Shown piece by piece: positions 55,426-64,000 of a DNA stretch of 64,000 bases (positions are counted from its first letter, which is position 1; each line of letters starts with the position of its first letter). This stretch comes from Oscillospiraceae bacterium (lineage in GTDB: Bacteria; Bacillota; Clostridia; Oscillospirales; Oscillospiraceae): positions 1,552 to 65,551 of the forward strand of contig SVKM01000001.1 of NCBI GenBank assembly GCA_015068465.1. The letters run 5' to 3'. The notes under the pieces are model-generated. The model had not been told where the DNA came from. It worked only from the letters and a program-made list of their open reading frames with translations, and did no database searches. The position numbers and the translations under genes are program-made.

Positions 55426-56256
55426 ATGAGAGAAAAACTGCTGGGGAAGGTTTTGTTCTGCCTCGTTATGGTGCTCATCGCGGTGGCCTCGTATTTCTTT
55501 CTCGCGGACCGCGCCGCTTCGATAGAGAGCAACCGCGCGATCGTTGCGTCCATCGACGAAAAATCGGCGACGGTGCTCAAGCTCACCGCGGCGTCGACGC
55601 TTGCCTCCGCGGGCATTTCCGCGATCCCCGGCGACACCGCGACGCCGATCGCCACGAAGCTTGCGGATTTCACGGAATATTTTCTGCTGATCCTCTGCGT
55701 GCTGTACGCCGAAAAGTATCTGCTGACCATCCTCGGCGCGGCGGCGTTCAAGATACTCGTCCCCTGCGCGTGTCTTGCGCTGATCGTCGGCAGGTTTTGG
55801 AATCCGCGCGCCATGCAGCGCCTGGCGCTTCGCATCGCGCTGTTCGCTCTGGCGCTTTTTGTCGCCATCCCCGCGAGTATCGGCGTTTCCGACATGGTCT
55901 ACGACACATACAAGCGCTCCATCGACGCGACCGTGCAGGAAACGGAAACGCTCAACGACGAGACGGCGGCGCTTTCGGAGGCGGGAGAGAACCAGAACCT
56001 GATCGCGGCGGTTCTGGAGCGGCTGTCCGAGACCGCGACGGGGCTTGCCGACAGGGCGGCAAAGCTTTTGAACCGCTATGTGGAGGCGCTCGCGGTGTTG
56101 ATCGTGACCTCGTGCATTCTCCCGCTGCTGGCGCTGGCGTTCTTTGTGTGGCTCATTAAGCTGCTCACCGGCGTGAACGTGCTCGGCGCGGTTCCGCCCC
56201 GCCATTCCAGAGCGCGTATGAGGCCGGGCGCGGAGCACGGGGCGCCCGACGACTGA
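55426..56256 (+). CDS. Conserved hypothetical membrane protein
   Basis: Several TM segments; SAGISAIPGD..TPIA..LADF. Confidence 0.75.
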   Translation: MREKLLGKVLFCLVMVLIAVASYFFLADRAASIESNRAIVASIDEKSATVLKLTAASTLASAGISAIPGDTATPIATKLADFTEYFLLILCVLYAEKYLLTILGAAAFKILVPCACLALIVGRFWNPRAMQRLALRIALFALALFVAIPASIGVSDMVYDTYKRSIDATVQETETLNDETAALSEAGENQNLIAAVLERLSETATGLADRAAKLLNRYVEALAVLIVTSCILPLLALAFFVWLIKLLTGVNVLGAVPPRHSRARMRPGAEHGAPDD

Positions 56257-56269
56257 GGCATGATAAGGC

Positions 56270-56312
56270 AAAAAAACGGAAGGGACTCGTATGAGCCCCT
56301 TCCGTTTTTTTT
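56270..56312. terminator. Bidirectional terminator
   Basis: A7-CGGAAGGG...CCCTTCCG-T9 between convergent genes. Confidence 0.85.
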
Positions 56313-56320
56313 ACAATGAT

Positions 56321-57526
56321 TCAGCTGAGGATGTTTGCGAAGAACGTGATGATCGCCGCGTTGAAAAAGTCGATGAACAGCGATCCCACCAGCGGCACGA
56401 TCATAAACGCCACCGGCGCCGGGCCGTAGAGCTTCGTCACCGCCTGCATGTTCGCCATGGCATTGGGCGTCGCGCCCATGCCGAAGCCGCAGAAGCCCGA
56501 GGACATCGTCGCCGCGTCGTAGTCCCCGCCCATCACGGGGAAGACCACGAACGACGCGTAGAAGAACATCAGCACCGTCTGGACCGCGAGGATCACGATC
56601 ATCGGCAGCGCCAGGCCGACGAGCTGCCAGAGCTTGAGGTTGATCATCGCGAGCGCCAGGAACAGCGACAGGCACACGTTGCCGATCGACGTGATCTCCG
56701 ACATCGGCAGTTCGATCTTCGAGCCGTCCGCGACGTTGCGGATCACGGCGGCGGCGATCATCGCGCCGATGTAGCCCGGCATCGTCAGCACCTTGCCGAT
56801 GAGCGCGGAGATGATCGTGCCGATGCCGACGGCGATGACGATGTAAATGGCGGCGGAGAGCATCTTCGCCTCGTCCAGCGCGCCGGTGTCCGTGTCCTTT
56901 TCGACCTCCACGATCTCAGGCCCCGTCGTGCCCGCCTCGTTGATGCCGCTGGAGTGCAAACCGAGATGCCGGATCTTCGCCGAGGCGATCGGGCCGCCGA
57001 TCATGCAGCCGGCGATGAGCCCGTAGGTCGCGCAGGCGATGGCGACCGTTTGCGCGCCGGCGACGCCCATTTCCTCCAACGTCTTGCCCCACGACGCCGA
57101 CGTGCCGTGGCCGCCGACGAGCGGGATGGAGCCCATCGCAAGCCCGAGCCTGCCGTCCAGCCCGAACAGCTTCGCTCCGTAGCCGCCGACCGCGTCCTGC
57201 AGCGCGACCATGACCACGGCGAGCACGAGGAATTTGATGACGCCCACGCCGCCTTTTTTGAGCATGCTGAACGCGGCAAGGAAGCCGACCGTGCAGAAGA
57301 ACGCCGTCATGAACACGGTTTGCAGCGTCGTGTCCATTTCGAACTCCACCACGCCCGCGCCGCGCAGGATCGTGTGCGCGACTGCGAAGATCAGCCCGCC
57401 GACCACCGGAGCGGGGATGCAGTATTTTTTGAGAAATGCGACCTTGTTGACCAACAGCTGTCCGATCACCAACATCACCGCGGCGACCGCTATTGCTTGA
57501 TACATATCGAGACTGACCGTTCTCAT
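56321..57526 (-). CDS. gltS: Sodium/glutamate symporter
   Basis: CIPAPVVGG, FFCTVGF, GSIPLVGGHGT, ATYGL..G..IGGP, GFGMGATPNA.ANM. Confidence 0.92.
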   Translation of the reverse strand: MRTVSLDMYQAIAVAAVMLVIGQLLVNKVAFLKKYCIPAPVVGGLIFAVAHTILRGAGVVEFEMDTTLQTVFMTAFFCTVGFLAAFSMLKKGGVGVIKFLVLAVVMVALQDAVGGYGAKLFGLDGRLGLAMGSIPLVGGHGTSASWGKTLEEMGVAGAQTVAIACATYGLIAGCMIGGPIASAKIRHLGLHSSGINEAGTTGPEIVEVEKDTDTGALDEAKMLSAAIYIVIAVGIGTIISALIGKVLTMPGYIGAMIAAAVIRNVADGSKIELPMSEITSIGNVCLSLFLALAMINLKLWQLVGLALPMIVILAVQTVLMFFYASFVVFPVMGGDYDAATMSSGFCGFGMGATPNAMANMQAVTKLYGPAPVAFMIVPLVGSLFIDFFNAAIITFFANILS

Positions 57527-57540
57527 GCGCTGACCTCCTT

Positions 57541-60500
57541 TTAGTTTCCGAACATGATGCAGAATCTCTGCATCAGCGATGCGAGCTGCGCTCTGGTCGC
57601 GGTGCCCTGCGGGTCGAGAAGGACCGCGCGCGAGCCGTTCTGCGTGCCGTTGAGAAGCCCGGTTCCGACCGCCCACGACATCGCGTCGCGCGCCCAGCCG
57701 GAGACGTCCGCGCCGTCGGCAAACGCTGCCAGATTGCCGCTTGCATAGGTGTTGTAGCCCATCATTTTCGCGAAGTTGTAGAGCATGGTCGCCATATCCT
57801 CGCGCGTGAGCTGATCCATGGCGCCGAAGCGGCTCGCATAGGGGAGATGCGCGATGCCGTTGTCGACCGCCCAGGTTACGCTGCCGGCGTACCAGTTCGA
57901 CGCGTTGACGTCCGAAAATGCCGTGCCGACCCGCTTCGAGGTTGCGCCGGCATAGTTGTAGAGGATCTGCGTCATCATGGCGCGGTTCATCGTGCCGCGC
58001 GGATCGAACCGCTTCTCGCTCACACCGCTCATCACGCCGTGAGAAGACGCCCAGTTGACCGCGTCCGCGAACCAGTTGGAGGGAGACACGTCGCTGAAGT
58101 AGCGGGTGTTTTCCATGACGCGCACGACCGCACTGTCACGCAGCGTGAACACCAGGCAGTCGCCCTCAATGTGCGAATCCCGGACGATCTCGTTCGGGCC
58201 GGGCGCGCCCTCGATCACCGCCACGGTTCCGGGCGTGACAAACGTGAGCGGGACTCTGACGGACGTCTGCGCGGCCTGCGGGAGAATGATCTGAATTTCC
58301 GCCGCGCTCTCGGCGCTGACGGCGGGCGCCACCTCGGCAGGAAGCGTCAGAACGTTGCTTGTCAAAGCGCGCGCGGCGTTGCAGATCAGGGACTGCGAGA
58401 CAACCTGGCCGCTGCGGTTGGTCTTGACGATGCTCGTGGTGCCGTTCGGCGCGTTCGTGATCGTCGAGCGGGTCCCGTCCGCATTGTCCGTGACCTGCGT
58501 GCGGGAGGACGTGTCGGCGCTCTGATTGCGGTTCGTCGTCTGCGCGGGCGGCACGTAGCCGCCGGTGTTCACGTAATCGCTTACGGCCACATAGCAGGCG
58601 GCGGATTTGCCGTTCGCCGCGGCGGTAATGATTGCCGAGCCGGGGCTGCGCGCGTACCAGGCGCCGGTGCTGTCGACGGAAATGACCCGCGTGTTGCTGC
58701 TCGACCAGAGAACCGTCGCGCTCGGCGTGACCGCGGCGGAGAGTTGCCCGGAATCGCCGGTGTACAGATCCATGCGGGAGCGGTCGAGCGTGAGGGAGGG
58801 CGTCTGCGCGGGCTGCTCGGCAGACGGCTTGGTTTCGGGCGTGCCGGAGGTCTTCTGCTTCCAGCCTGCCTGGAACTTCCTGTTGCCGGTGGAGCCCTTT
58901 TTGATGACCGTCTGCAAATTCCATTCGGCGGTCACGGTCGAGGTTCCCACGCCGGTGACGGGGTCGACCGCCGTCTCCCCGTCCGCGGAAAGCCCGATGT
59001 CCTTCCAGCCGAGGAATTCATAGCCCTGCTTGGTCGGCGCCGCCAGCGTGAAGTCGGGCGACTCGATGGTGTATGCGTTCGGGTTCTCCACAGCGTTCGT
59101 GCCGCCGTCGAGCTCATAGCCGATGGTGTACGTCACCGGCGTCCACTTCGCGGTCAGCACGGTGTTTTCCGTAATGGGCGACCTGAAATCAAAGGGGGCG
59201 TCGCCCTTGAGCCAGCCGTCAAAGGCGTAACCCTCCGCGCTGGGAGCGGTAGGCTCCGTCGCCGTTTCGCCCGAGGGTACGCTCTGCGCCGCGGGCGCTG
59301 TGCCGCGGGCGGTTTCAAAGGTGACGGCGTATGTGTTCGGGGGCAGTCGCTTCCAGTTTGCGGTGAATGTCTTGTCGCCGGTGGAGCCTTTCGGGATCAC
59401 CACATTCGTCGCCATCGAAACGGTTGCCGTCGAGGTCCCCTCGCCGGTGTCGGGATCGACAGGAGTCTCACCCTCGGCGGAGAGCCCGATGTCGCCCGAC
59501 CAGCCGAGGAAGGTAAAGCCCTGCCTCGTCGGCGCGGCGAGCGTGATGTCCTCGGACTCGACGGTGTAGCTCGCCGGGTTCGCGGCGGCGTTCGTGCCGC
59601 CGTCGAGGCTGTAGGTGATATTATAGTTGATGAGCTCAAATTCCGCCGAAACGGTCACGTTCCCCGCGGGCATCGTGAACTTGCCGTCCGAGATTTCGAC
59701 AGTCGACGGGTCTGCCGACAGGGATTTCAACTGATACCCCGTGTTCGGCGTCACCGTCAGCGTGACGGTATCGCCCGCGACGGTTTTCGGTTTGTCCGCG
59801 GTCACGGTCCCGTTGACCATATTGCTGTCGATCGTCACGGCGTAGGTCGGCGCGGTGGGGTCGATCTGCCACTTGGCGGTAAGCGTGACGGGACCGGTGA
59901 TCACCGTTTCGGCGGTATACTGCGTATCTCCGTTAAACCAGCCGAGGAAATTGAACCCGTTCGCGGTCAAGACGGGGAGAAGCTCCCCTGCTTCGGTGTT
60001 GTAGTTTACAATGACGGGGTCGGGGGTGTCGCCGTGCTCGGTCAAAAATGTGATCTTGGCGGGGACGTAGTCGGTGGTGCTGAGGGTGGGAAGCTGATCG
60101 CCCCAAAGGCGGGGACTGTTGGCTGCCCCGTAGACATATTTGATACTGTCGCTTTGGTAATGAACTGAACCGACATAAAAGTCCGAATAGCTAACGGTAT
60201 ACTGGTTGTTGGATACGTTCGCACCTTTTAGAAACAACCTTTGATTCCATGTATCATGTGCATCTAAATCGCAATTTGTGATATCAACATGGTATTTTTT
60301 TCCATCGTCCATCTCAACAAGAAGCCAAGCGTGTCCGGTGCCATCTGAGGTTCCCTCAATATAATAACATGGGATTTCCGCCAGCTCGCAAAGGTACTTA
60401 AACGCTTTGGCATAGCCTTCACAGACGACGTTCGTTTGCGTGTTGCCGTCAAACACGTTGATGATTTGAGACGGATTGCCGTAAGTCGCCGAGGATAAGC

Positions 60501-61215
60501 TTTTTGCATATGGCGTATCATAAGTAACATTTTTGCAAATGTAATCACCGAACGCAAGAACCTTTTCATAGGTGCTTTTGCCGCGTTCGTTAAGAACAAC
60601 GTCTTCCGCCCTTTTCATTGCGTCTTTAACGGTTTTGCTCGTCAGCTTATCCATGCTCACTTCGGTTGTTTCGTGGCTGTTTGCGTTGCTGCTATAATCC
60701 CGTGATACATACAGATTCAATATCAACTCAATATCATTGCATCCGTCGGGAGGAGAAAGCTCGATCGAGCAGCCGGAATTGTTGGCATTCGGTGTTTTCT
60801 GATATTTGTATGGAATGCTGCAGCGCGAGCCCTTCATTCCGCTCCAATATATTTTTTCAGGGTAATCAGCATGAAGCGAAACCAGAACCTTCGCCCAGTT
60901 CACATCGGGAGTGATAAGCCTGTTGACCGCACTTTTCTCCGCATCGGTTATTGCACCGCTTGACACAGCGGAAAGATTCAGGTCGTTCGCTGAAAAGGAA
61001 AAGTTGATTATGCCAAAGGTGCTGAGCGGTATGCGATATGATGTGGACGAGGTTTTGCCCTGTATAAGCTCGTCAATTCGTTCAACCAAATAATCATAGG
61101 CCACCTTGTCATTTCCGGACAATAGGTCTCCTGCCTTTGGCGTCGCCGCGAACGCAGGCGCGGAAAGCCCCAGCATGAGCGCTGCGGCAAGAATAAGGCT
61201 GATGACCTTCTTCAT
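57541..61215 (-). CDS. Large SLH-anchored surface protein: transglutaminase-like domain, InlB-B/Ig-like repeats, Big_2, three SLH motifs
   Basis: Signal peptide; VCEGYAKAF, GHAW, VD.T triad; repeated P...GY.F.GW; FSDV..WFADAV.WA SLH motifs. Confidence 0.88.
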   Translation of the reverse strand: MKKVISLILAAALMLGLSAPAFAATPKAGDLLSGNDKVAYDYLVERIDELIQGKTSSTSYRIPLSTFGIINFSFSANDLNLSAVSSGAITDAEKSAVNRLITPDVNWAKVLVSLHADYPEKIYWSGMKGSRCSIPYKYQKTPNANNSGCSIELSPPDGCNDIELILNLYVSRDYSSNANSHETTEVSMDKLTSKTVKDAMKRAEDVVLNERGKSTYEKVLAFGDYICKNVTYDTPYAKSLSSATYGNPSQIINVFDGNTQTNVVCEGYAKAFKYLCELAEIPCYYIEGTSDGTGHAWLLVEMDDGKKYHVDITNCDLDAHDTWNQRLFLKGANVSNNQYTVSYSDFYVGSVHYQSDSIKYVYGAANSPRLWGDQLPTLSTTDYVPAKITFLTEHGDTPDPVIVNYNTEAGELLPVLTANGFNFLGWFNGDTQYTAETVITGPVTLTAKWQIDPTAPTYAVTIDSNMVNGTVTADKPKTVAGDTVTLTVTPNTGYQLKSLSADPSTVEISDGKFTMPAGNVTVSAEFELINYNITYSLDGGTNAAANPASYTVESEDITLAAPTRQGFTFLGWSGDIGLSAEGETPVDPDTGEGTSTATVSMATNVVIPKGSTGDKTFTANWKRLPPNTYAVTFETARGTAPAAQSVPSGETATEPTAPSAEGYAFDGWLKGDAPFDFRSPITENTVLTAKWTPVTYTIGYELDGGTNAVENPNAYTIESPDFTLAAPTKQGYEFLGWKDIGLSADGETAVDPVTGVGTSTVTAEWNLQTVIKKGSTGNRKFQAGWKQKTSGTPETKPSAEQPAQTPSLTLDRSRMDLYTGDSGQLSAAVTPSATVLWSSSNTRVISVDSTGAWYARSPGSAIITAAANGKSAACYVAVSDYVNTGGYVPPAQTTNRNQSADTSSRTQVTDNADGTRSTITNAPNGTTSIVKTNRSGQVVSQSLICNAARALTSNVLTLPAEVAPAVSAESAAEIQIILPQAAQTSVRVPLTFVTPGTVAVIEGAPGPNEIVRDSHIEGDCLVFTLRDSAVVRVMENTRYFSDVSPSNWFADAVNWASSHGVMSGVSEKRFDPRGTMNRAMMTQILYNYAGATSKRVGTAFSDVNASNWYAGSVTWAVDNGIAHLPYASRFGAMDQLTREDMATMLYNFAKMMGYNTYASGNLAAFADGADVSGWARDAMSWAVGTGLLNGTQNGSRAVLLDPQGTATRAQLASLMQRFCIMFGN

Positions 61216-61372
61216 ATCGACCCCTCCTCACTTATTTATATTTATTCAATTTATGTATACCACATTCGCGGGCGGATGTAAAGAGCTACCTTGCGCGCCG
61301 CGGCGGTTGAAAAATGCGGAAAAAACTGTATAATATAATATTGGAAAAATGTTGCGGGAGGAAAAGACCGGC

Positions 61373-63283
61373 ATGAAAAGACTGCTTGCGGGGGTGATGA
61401 TCGCTTTGTCGCTGTTGAGCCTGTTCGGCTGCGGCGGGGGCAAAAAGCTCGCGTCCGGCGGAAGCTGCGGGGAAAACCTGCAATGGGAATACGACCGCTC
61501 GAAAAAGACGCTGACCGTCACGGGCAGCGGCGAGATGACGGCGGAGCGCTTCCGGTGGAGCGACTACCCCATCCGAAAGCTCGTGCTTTCGGAGGGCGTT
61601 TCCTCCATCGCGCCCGAGGCGTTCTACGGGAACCGCGGATTGAGCGGCGAGCTGGTCCTGCCGCAGAGCCTGCGCGAGATCGGGGAATTCGCGTTCTACG
61701 GCTGCGACGGGCTGACGGGGACGCTCGCGCTGCCCGACGCGGTGGAAACCGTCGGCGGCTACGCGTTCACGCGCTGCACGGGCTTTACCGGCGTCCGGCT
61801 TTCCAAGAGCCTCAAAACGATCGGGGACGAGGCGTTTTCCGGGCTTTCGGGCGCGACGGGCGAGGTCGTGTTCCCGGAGGGGCTGGAAACCGTCGGCAGG
61901 AGCGCGTTTTACGAGTGCGAAGGGCTGCGCGGCGACCTTTTGCTGCCCGACAGCGTGACGAGCCTCGGCGCCGGCGCCTTTTCCCAGTGCGGCTTTGACG
62001 GCAGGCTGCGCCTGCCCGCCGGACTGGCATCCATCCCGAGCGGCTGCTTCAATTACTGCGAATCGCTGCGCGGCGACCTTGTCGTCCCGGCGGGCGTGAC
62101 GACGATCAACGGCGCGGCGTTCCGCGGCTGCGGCTTCGACGGGACGCTCACGCTGCCCGAGGGACTGCGGGGCGTCGGCGAATATGCGTTCGGCAGCTGC
62201 AAGCGCCTCACCGGCGCGCTGACACTCCCGGACAGCGTCGTTTTCGTCGGCGCGGGCGCGTTTGAATTCGACGAAGGTCTTGCGTCGCTGCATCTTGGCG
62301 CGGGACTCAGGCTCGTGTGCGAGGACACGTTCCGCGAATGCAGCGGCATGACGGGCGCGCTGACGCTCCCGGAGCAGCTGCTTGCCGTGGGCGACAGCGC
62401 CTTTGCAAACACCGGCTTTACCGGGACGCTCACGCTCCCCGATACGCTGCGCTCGGTCGGCAGAGGCAGCTTCGCGGGCTGCGCGGGACTCACCGCGCTC
62501 ACGCTGCCCGATCACCTGTCGCACATCAAGGCGGGCGCGTTCGGCGGCTGCGCCGCGCTCGCGGGCGCGCTGGCGATCCCAGAGGGCGTATACAGCATCG
62601 GCGCGGGCGCGTTCAAAAACTGCCGAAGCCTCACGTCCGTCACGTTCGCGGGGAATGTGCGCAGCATCGGCGCGGGCGCGTTCGAGGGCTGCGACGCGCT
62701 CAGGACCGCCGGCTTCGCGGACGCGGTCCCGGACTATTTCGGCGCGGACGAGGAAAAGCCCAGCTTTCCCGAAGGCTGCGCGGTGAACGCGCCGCCCGCC
62801 GCGCCGCGTCTGCGGGACGTCTGGGTGGAAAAGAGCGCGCAGGGCGCGCCCGGCGGCTCCGGGCAGCCGGACGGCAGCGCGAAGGACGAACCGTACTACT
62901 GGACGCAGTCGCTCAAAAACAGCGAGTTCCGCGGCGCGGGGCGCTATGCCGACGTCGCGCTGACATTTGACGACAATACGATGACGGTGCAGATCAACGG
63001 CAGGCAGCTCGCGCAGGTCCCGTATGACGCGGACCCGAACGCCGACGAGGAGCGGATCGTTTCCACCGGCGGATTTTTCTGCCGCGAGGGCTGGGTGCGC
63101 GAGCTCCGCTTTGCCGACGGCTACCGCGCGGACAGGCAGCTGTTCGGCACGCTCGTTTTCGAGGACGGCGCGGCGGAGCAGGTCGTCTTCCACACGGGCT
63201 CGGAGGAAAACATCTTCCTCAGCGCGGAAAACGACGAGATCCCCGCCGTGCGCGACCGGGCGGACGGAACGATTGAGAGGTGA
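61373..63283 (+). CDS. BspA-type leucine-rich-repeat lipoprotein
   Basis: Lipobox LFGC; GSCGENLQW; repeated L.LP..L..IG..AF..C..LTG units of about 24 aa. Confidence 0.9.
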   Translation: MKRLLAGVMIALSLLSLFGCGGGKKLASGGSCGENLQWEYDRSKKTLTVTGSGEMTAERFRWSDYPIRKLVLSEGVSSIAPEAFYGNRGLSGELVLPQSLREIGEFAFYGCDGLTGTLALPDAVETVGGYAFTRCTGFTGVRLSKSLKTIGDEAFSGLSGATGEVVFPEGLETVGRSAFYECEGLRGDLLLPDSVTSLGAGAFSQCGFDGRLRLPAGLASIPSGCFNYCESLRGDLVVPAGVTTINGAAFRGCGFDGTLTLPEGLRGVGEYAFGSCKRLTGALTLPDSVVFVGAGAFEFDEGLASLHLGAGLRLVCEDTFRECSGMTGALTLPEQLLAVGDSAFANTGFTGTLTLPDTLRSVGRGSFAGCAGLTALTLPDHLSHIKAGAFGGCAALAGALAIPEGVYSIGAGAFKNCRSLTSVTFAGNVRSIGAGAFEGCDALRTAGFADAVPDYFGADEEKPSFPEGCAVNAPPAAPRLRDVWVEKSAQGAPGGSGQPDGSAKDEPYYWTQSLKNSEFRGAGRYADVALTFDDNTMTVQINGRQLAQVPYDADPNADEERIVSTGGFFCREGWVRELRFADGYRADRQLFGTLVFEDGAAEQVVFHTGSEENIFLSAENDEIPAVRDRADGTIER

Positions 63284-63290
63284 GCGGCGA

Positions 63291-63593
63291 ATGACACAGA
63301 CGGAACGCATCACGCATTACGAGGAGCTGTTGGACCGGAGCGTCGCGGCGGCGGAAAAGCTGGACGCGGCGCTGGAGGCGTTTGCGGCGGTACAGCCGCT
63401 CGTGCGGGAGCTGGACGGCTACTACGGCGGCGCGGACTGGCGTGCCGACCTCGCCGATGACGAGGCGGGAAGGCTCGACGCGGCTTTGAAGCGCGGCGTA
63501 CTCAGCGAGGACGCCGCCTACGACGCGCTTGCGGAGAACCGGCGGCTGCTGCGGCGTATGCTGGAGGTCGTCGCGGAGAGCATGGAAGGATAG
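63291..63593 (+). CDS. DUF4298-family protein
   Basis: ERI..YE..LD, L..YY....W..D...DE.G.....LKRGVLSED..Y. Confidence 0.85.
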   Translation: MTQTERITHYEELLDRSVAAAEKLDAALEAFAAVQPLVRELDGYYGGADWRADLADDEAGRLDAALKRGVLSEDAAYDALAENRRLLRRMLEVVAESMEG

Positions 63594-63603
63594 GAGGCAC
63601 GCA

Positions 63604-64000
63604 ATGGACCTTATGGAAGCGATGCGCGCGCGGCATTCCGTGCGCAGCTATACGGACAAGCCCATCGGGGGCGAAACGCTGGACGCGCTCGAAACGCAGA
63701 TCGAAGAATGCAACCGCGAGAGCGGGCTGCACATCCAGCTCGTGCGCAACGAGCCGATGGCGTTCGACTGTTTTCTCGCGCACTACGGGAAATTTTCGGG
63801 CGTGCGGAACTACTTTGCGCTGGTCGGCAAAAAGAGCCGCGCGCTCGACGAAGCGTGCGGCTATTACGGCGAAAAGCTCGTGCTCGCGGCGCAGGCGCTG
63901 GGGCTCAACACCTGCTGGGTCGGCGCGTCGTTCAAACGCGTGCCGGACACGTTCCGCGTGGACGAGGGCGAGAAGCTCGCGCTCGTGATCGCCGTCGGCT
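63604..64000 (+). CDS. Nitroreductase-family protein (runs off the window end)
   Basis: L.EAMRARHSVRSY, GYYGEKLVL.AQ.LGLNTCWV; RBS AGGAGG; ORF open at the window edge. Confidence 0.88.
   Translation, partial: MDLMEAMRARHSVRSYTDKPIGGETLDALETQIEECNRESGLHIQLVRNEPMAFDCFLAHYGKFSGVRNYFALVGKKSRALDEACGYYGEKLVLAAQALGLNTCWVGASFKRVPDTFRVDEGEKLALVIAVG

Noticed and set aside
61560-62730. Periodic repeats as a possible CRISPR array or DNA tandem repeat
   Set aside because: The periodicity is protein-level LRR degeneracy inside an ORF; there are no identical repeat-spacer units or cas genes.
1-64000. Prophage, IS or ICE
   Set aside because: No integrase, transposase, relaxase or phage structural genes; the TraX-like fragment alone does not indicate a conjugative element.

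Overview
A high-GC chromosomal window from an anaerobic Firmicute; Clostridia, probably Oscillospiraceae-like, is inferred from gene content. Left to right it holds: (1) a selenium/molybdenum cofactor cluster (Se-dependent xanthine dehydrogenase, yedF-yedE, selD, yqeB, yqeC, DUF3343, a divergent ModE-like regulator) interrupted by a Nif11-leader peptide cassette; (2) a GNAT, an rsgA paralogue with a long structured leader, and an S66 peptidase; (3) a solute-binding protein/GGDEF pair; (4) a complete 8-gene shikimate/Phe/Tyr operon; (5) an aminotransferase, a CHAP-SLH hydrolase and a DEAD-box helicase; (6) many signalling genes (two hybrid histidine kinases, one frameshifted, plus HD-GYP, EAL, FIST and MCP proteins); (7) an amidase-GDSL-symporter-NRPS operon; (8) gltS, a mosaic SLH/transglutaminase surface protein, a BspA-type LRR lipoprotein and a partial nitroreductase. 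No rRNA, tRNA, CRISPR array, transposase or integrase was recognised. The strongest hunt results are: three copies of a 24-bp ModE-box-like palindrome at the Se/Mo promoters; a 13-bp direct repeat bracketing the Nif11 cassette; a uORF/terminator attenuator ahead of rsgA; an atypical A-T-halfC-TE(Cys) NRPS; an apparent AUU start for the helicase; and a TrpR/HisR-like operator on the aro promoter. All family calls come from motif recognition by eye; no database search was run.
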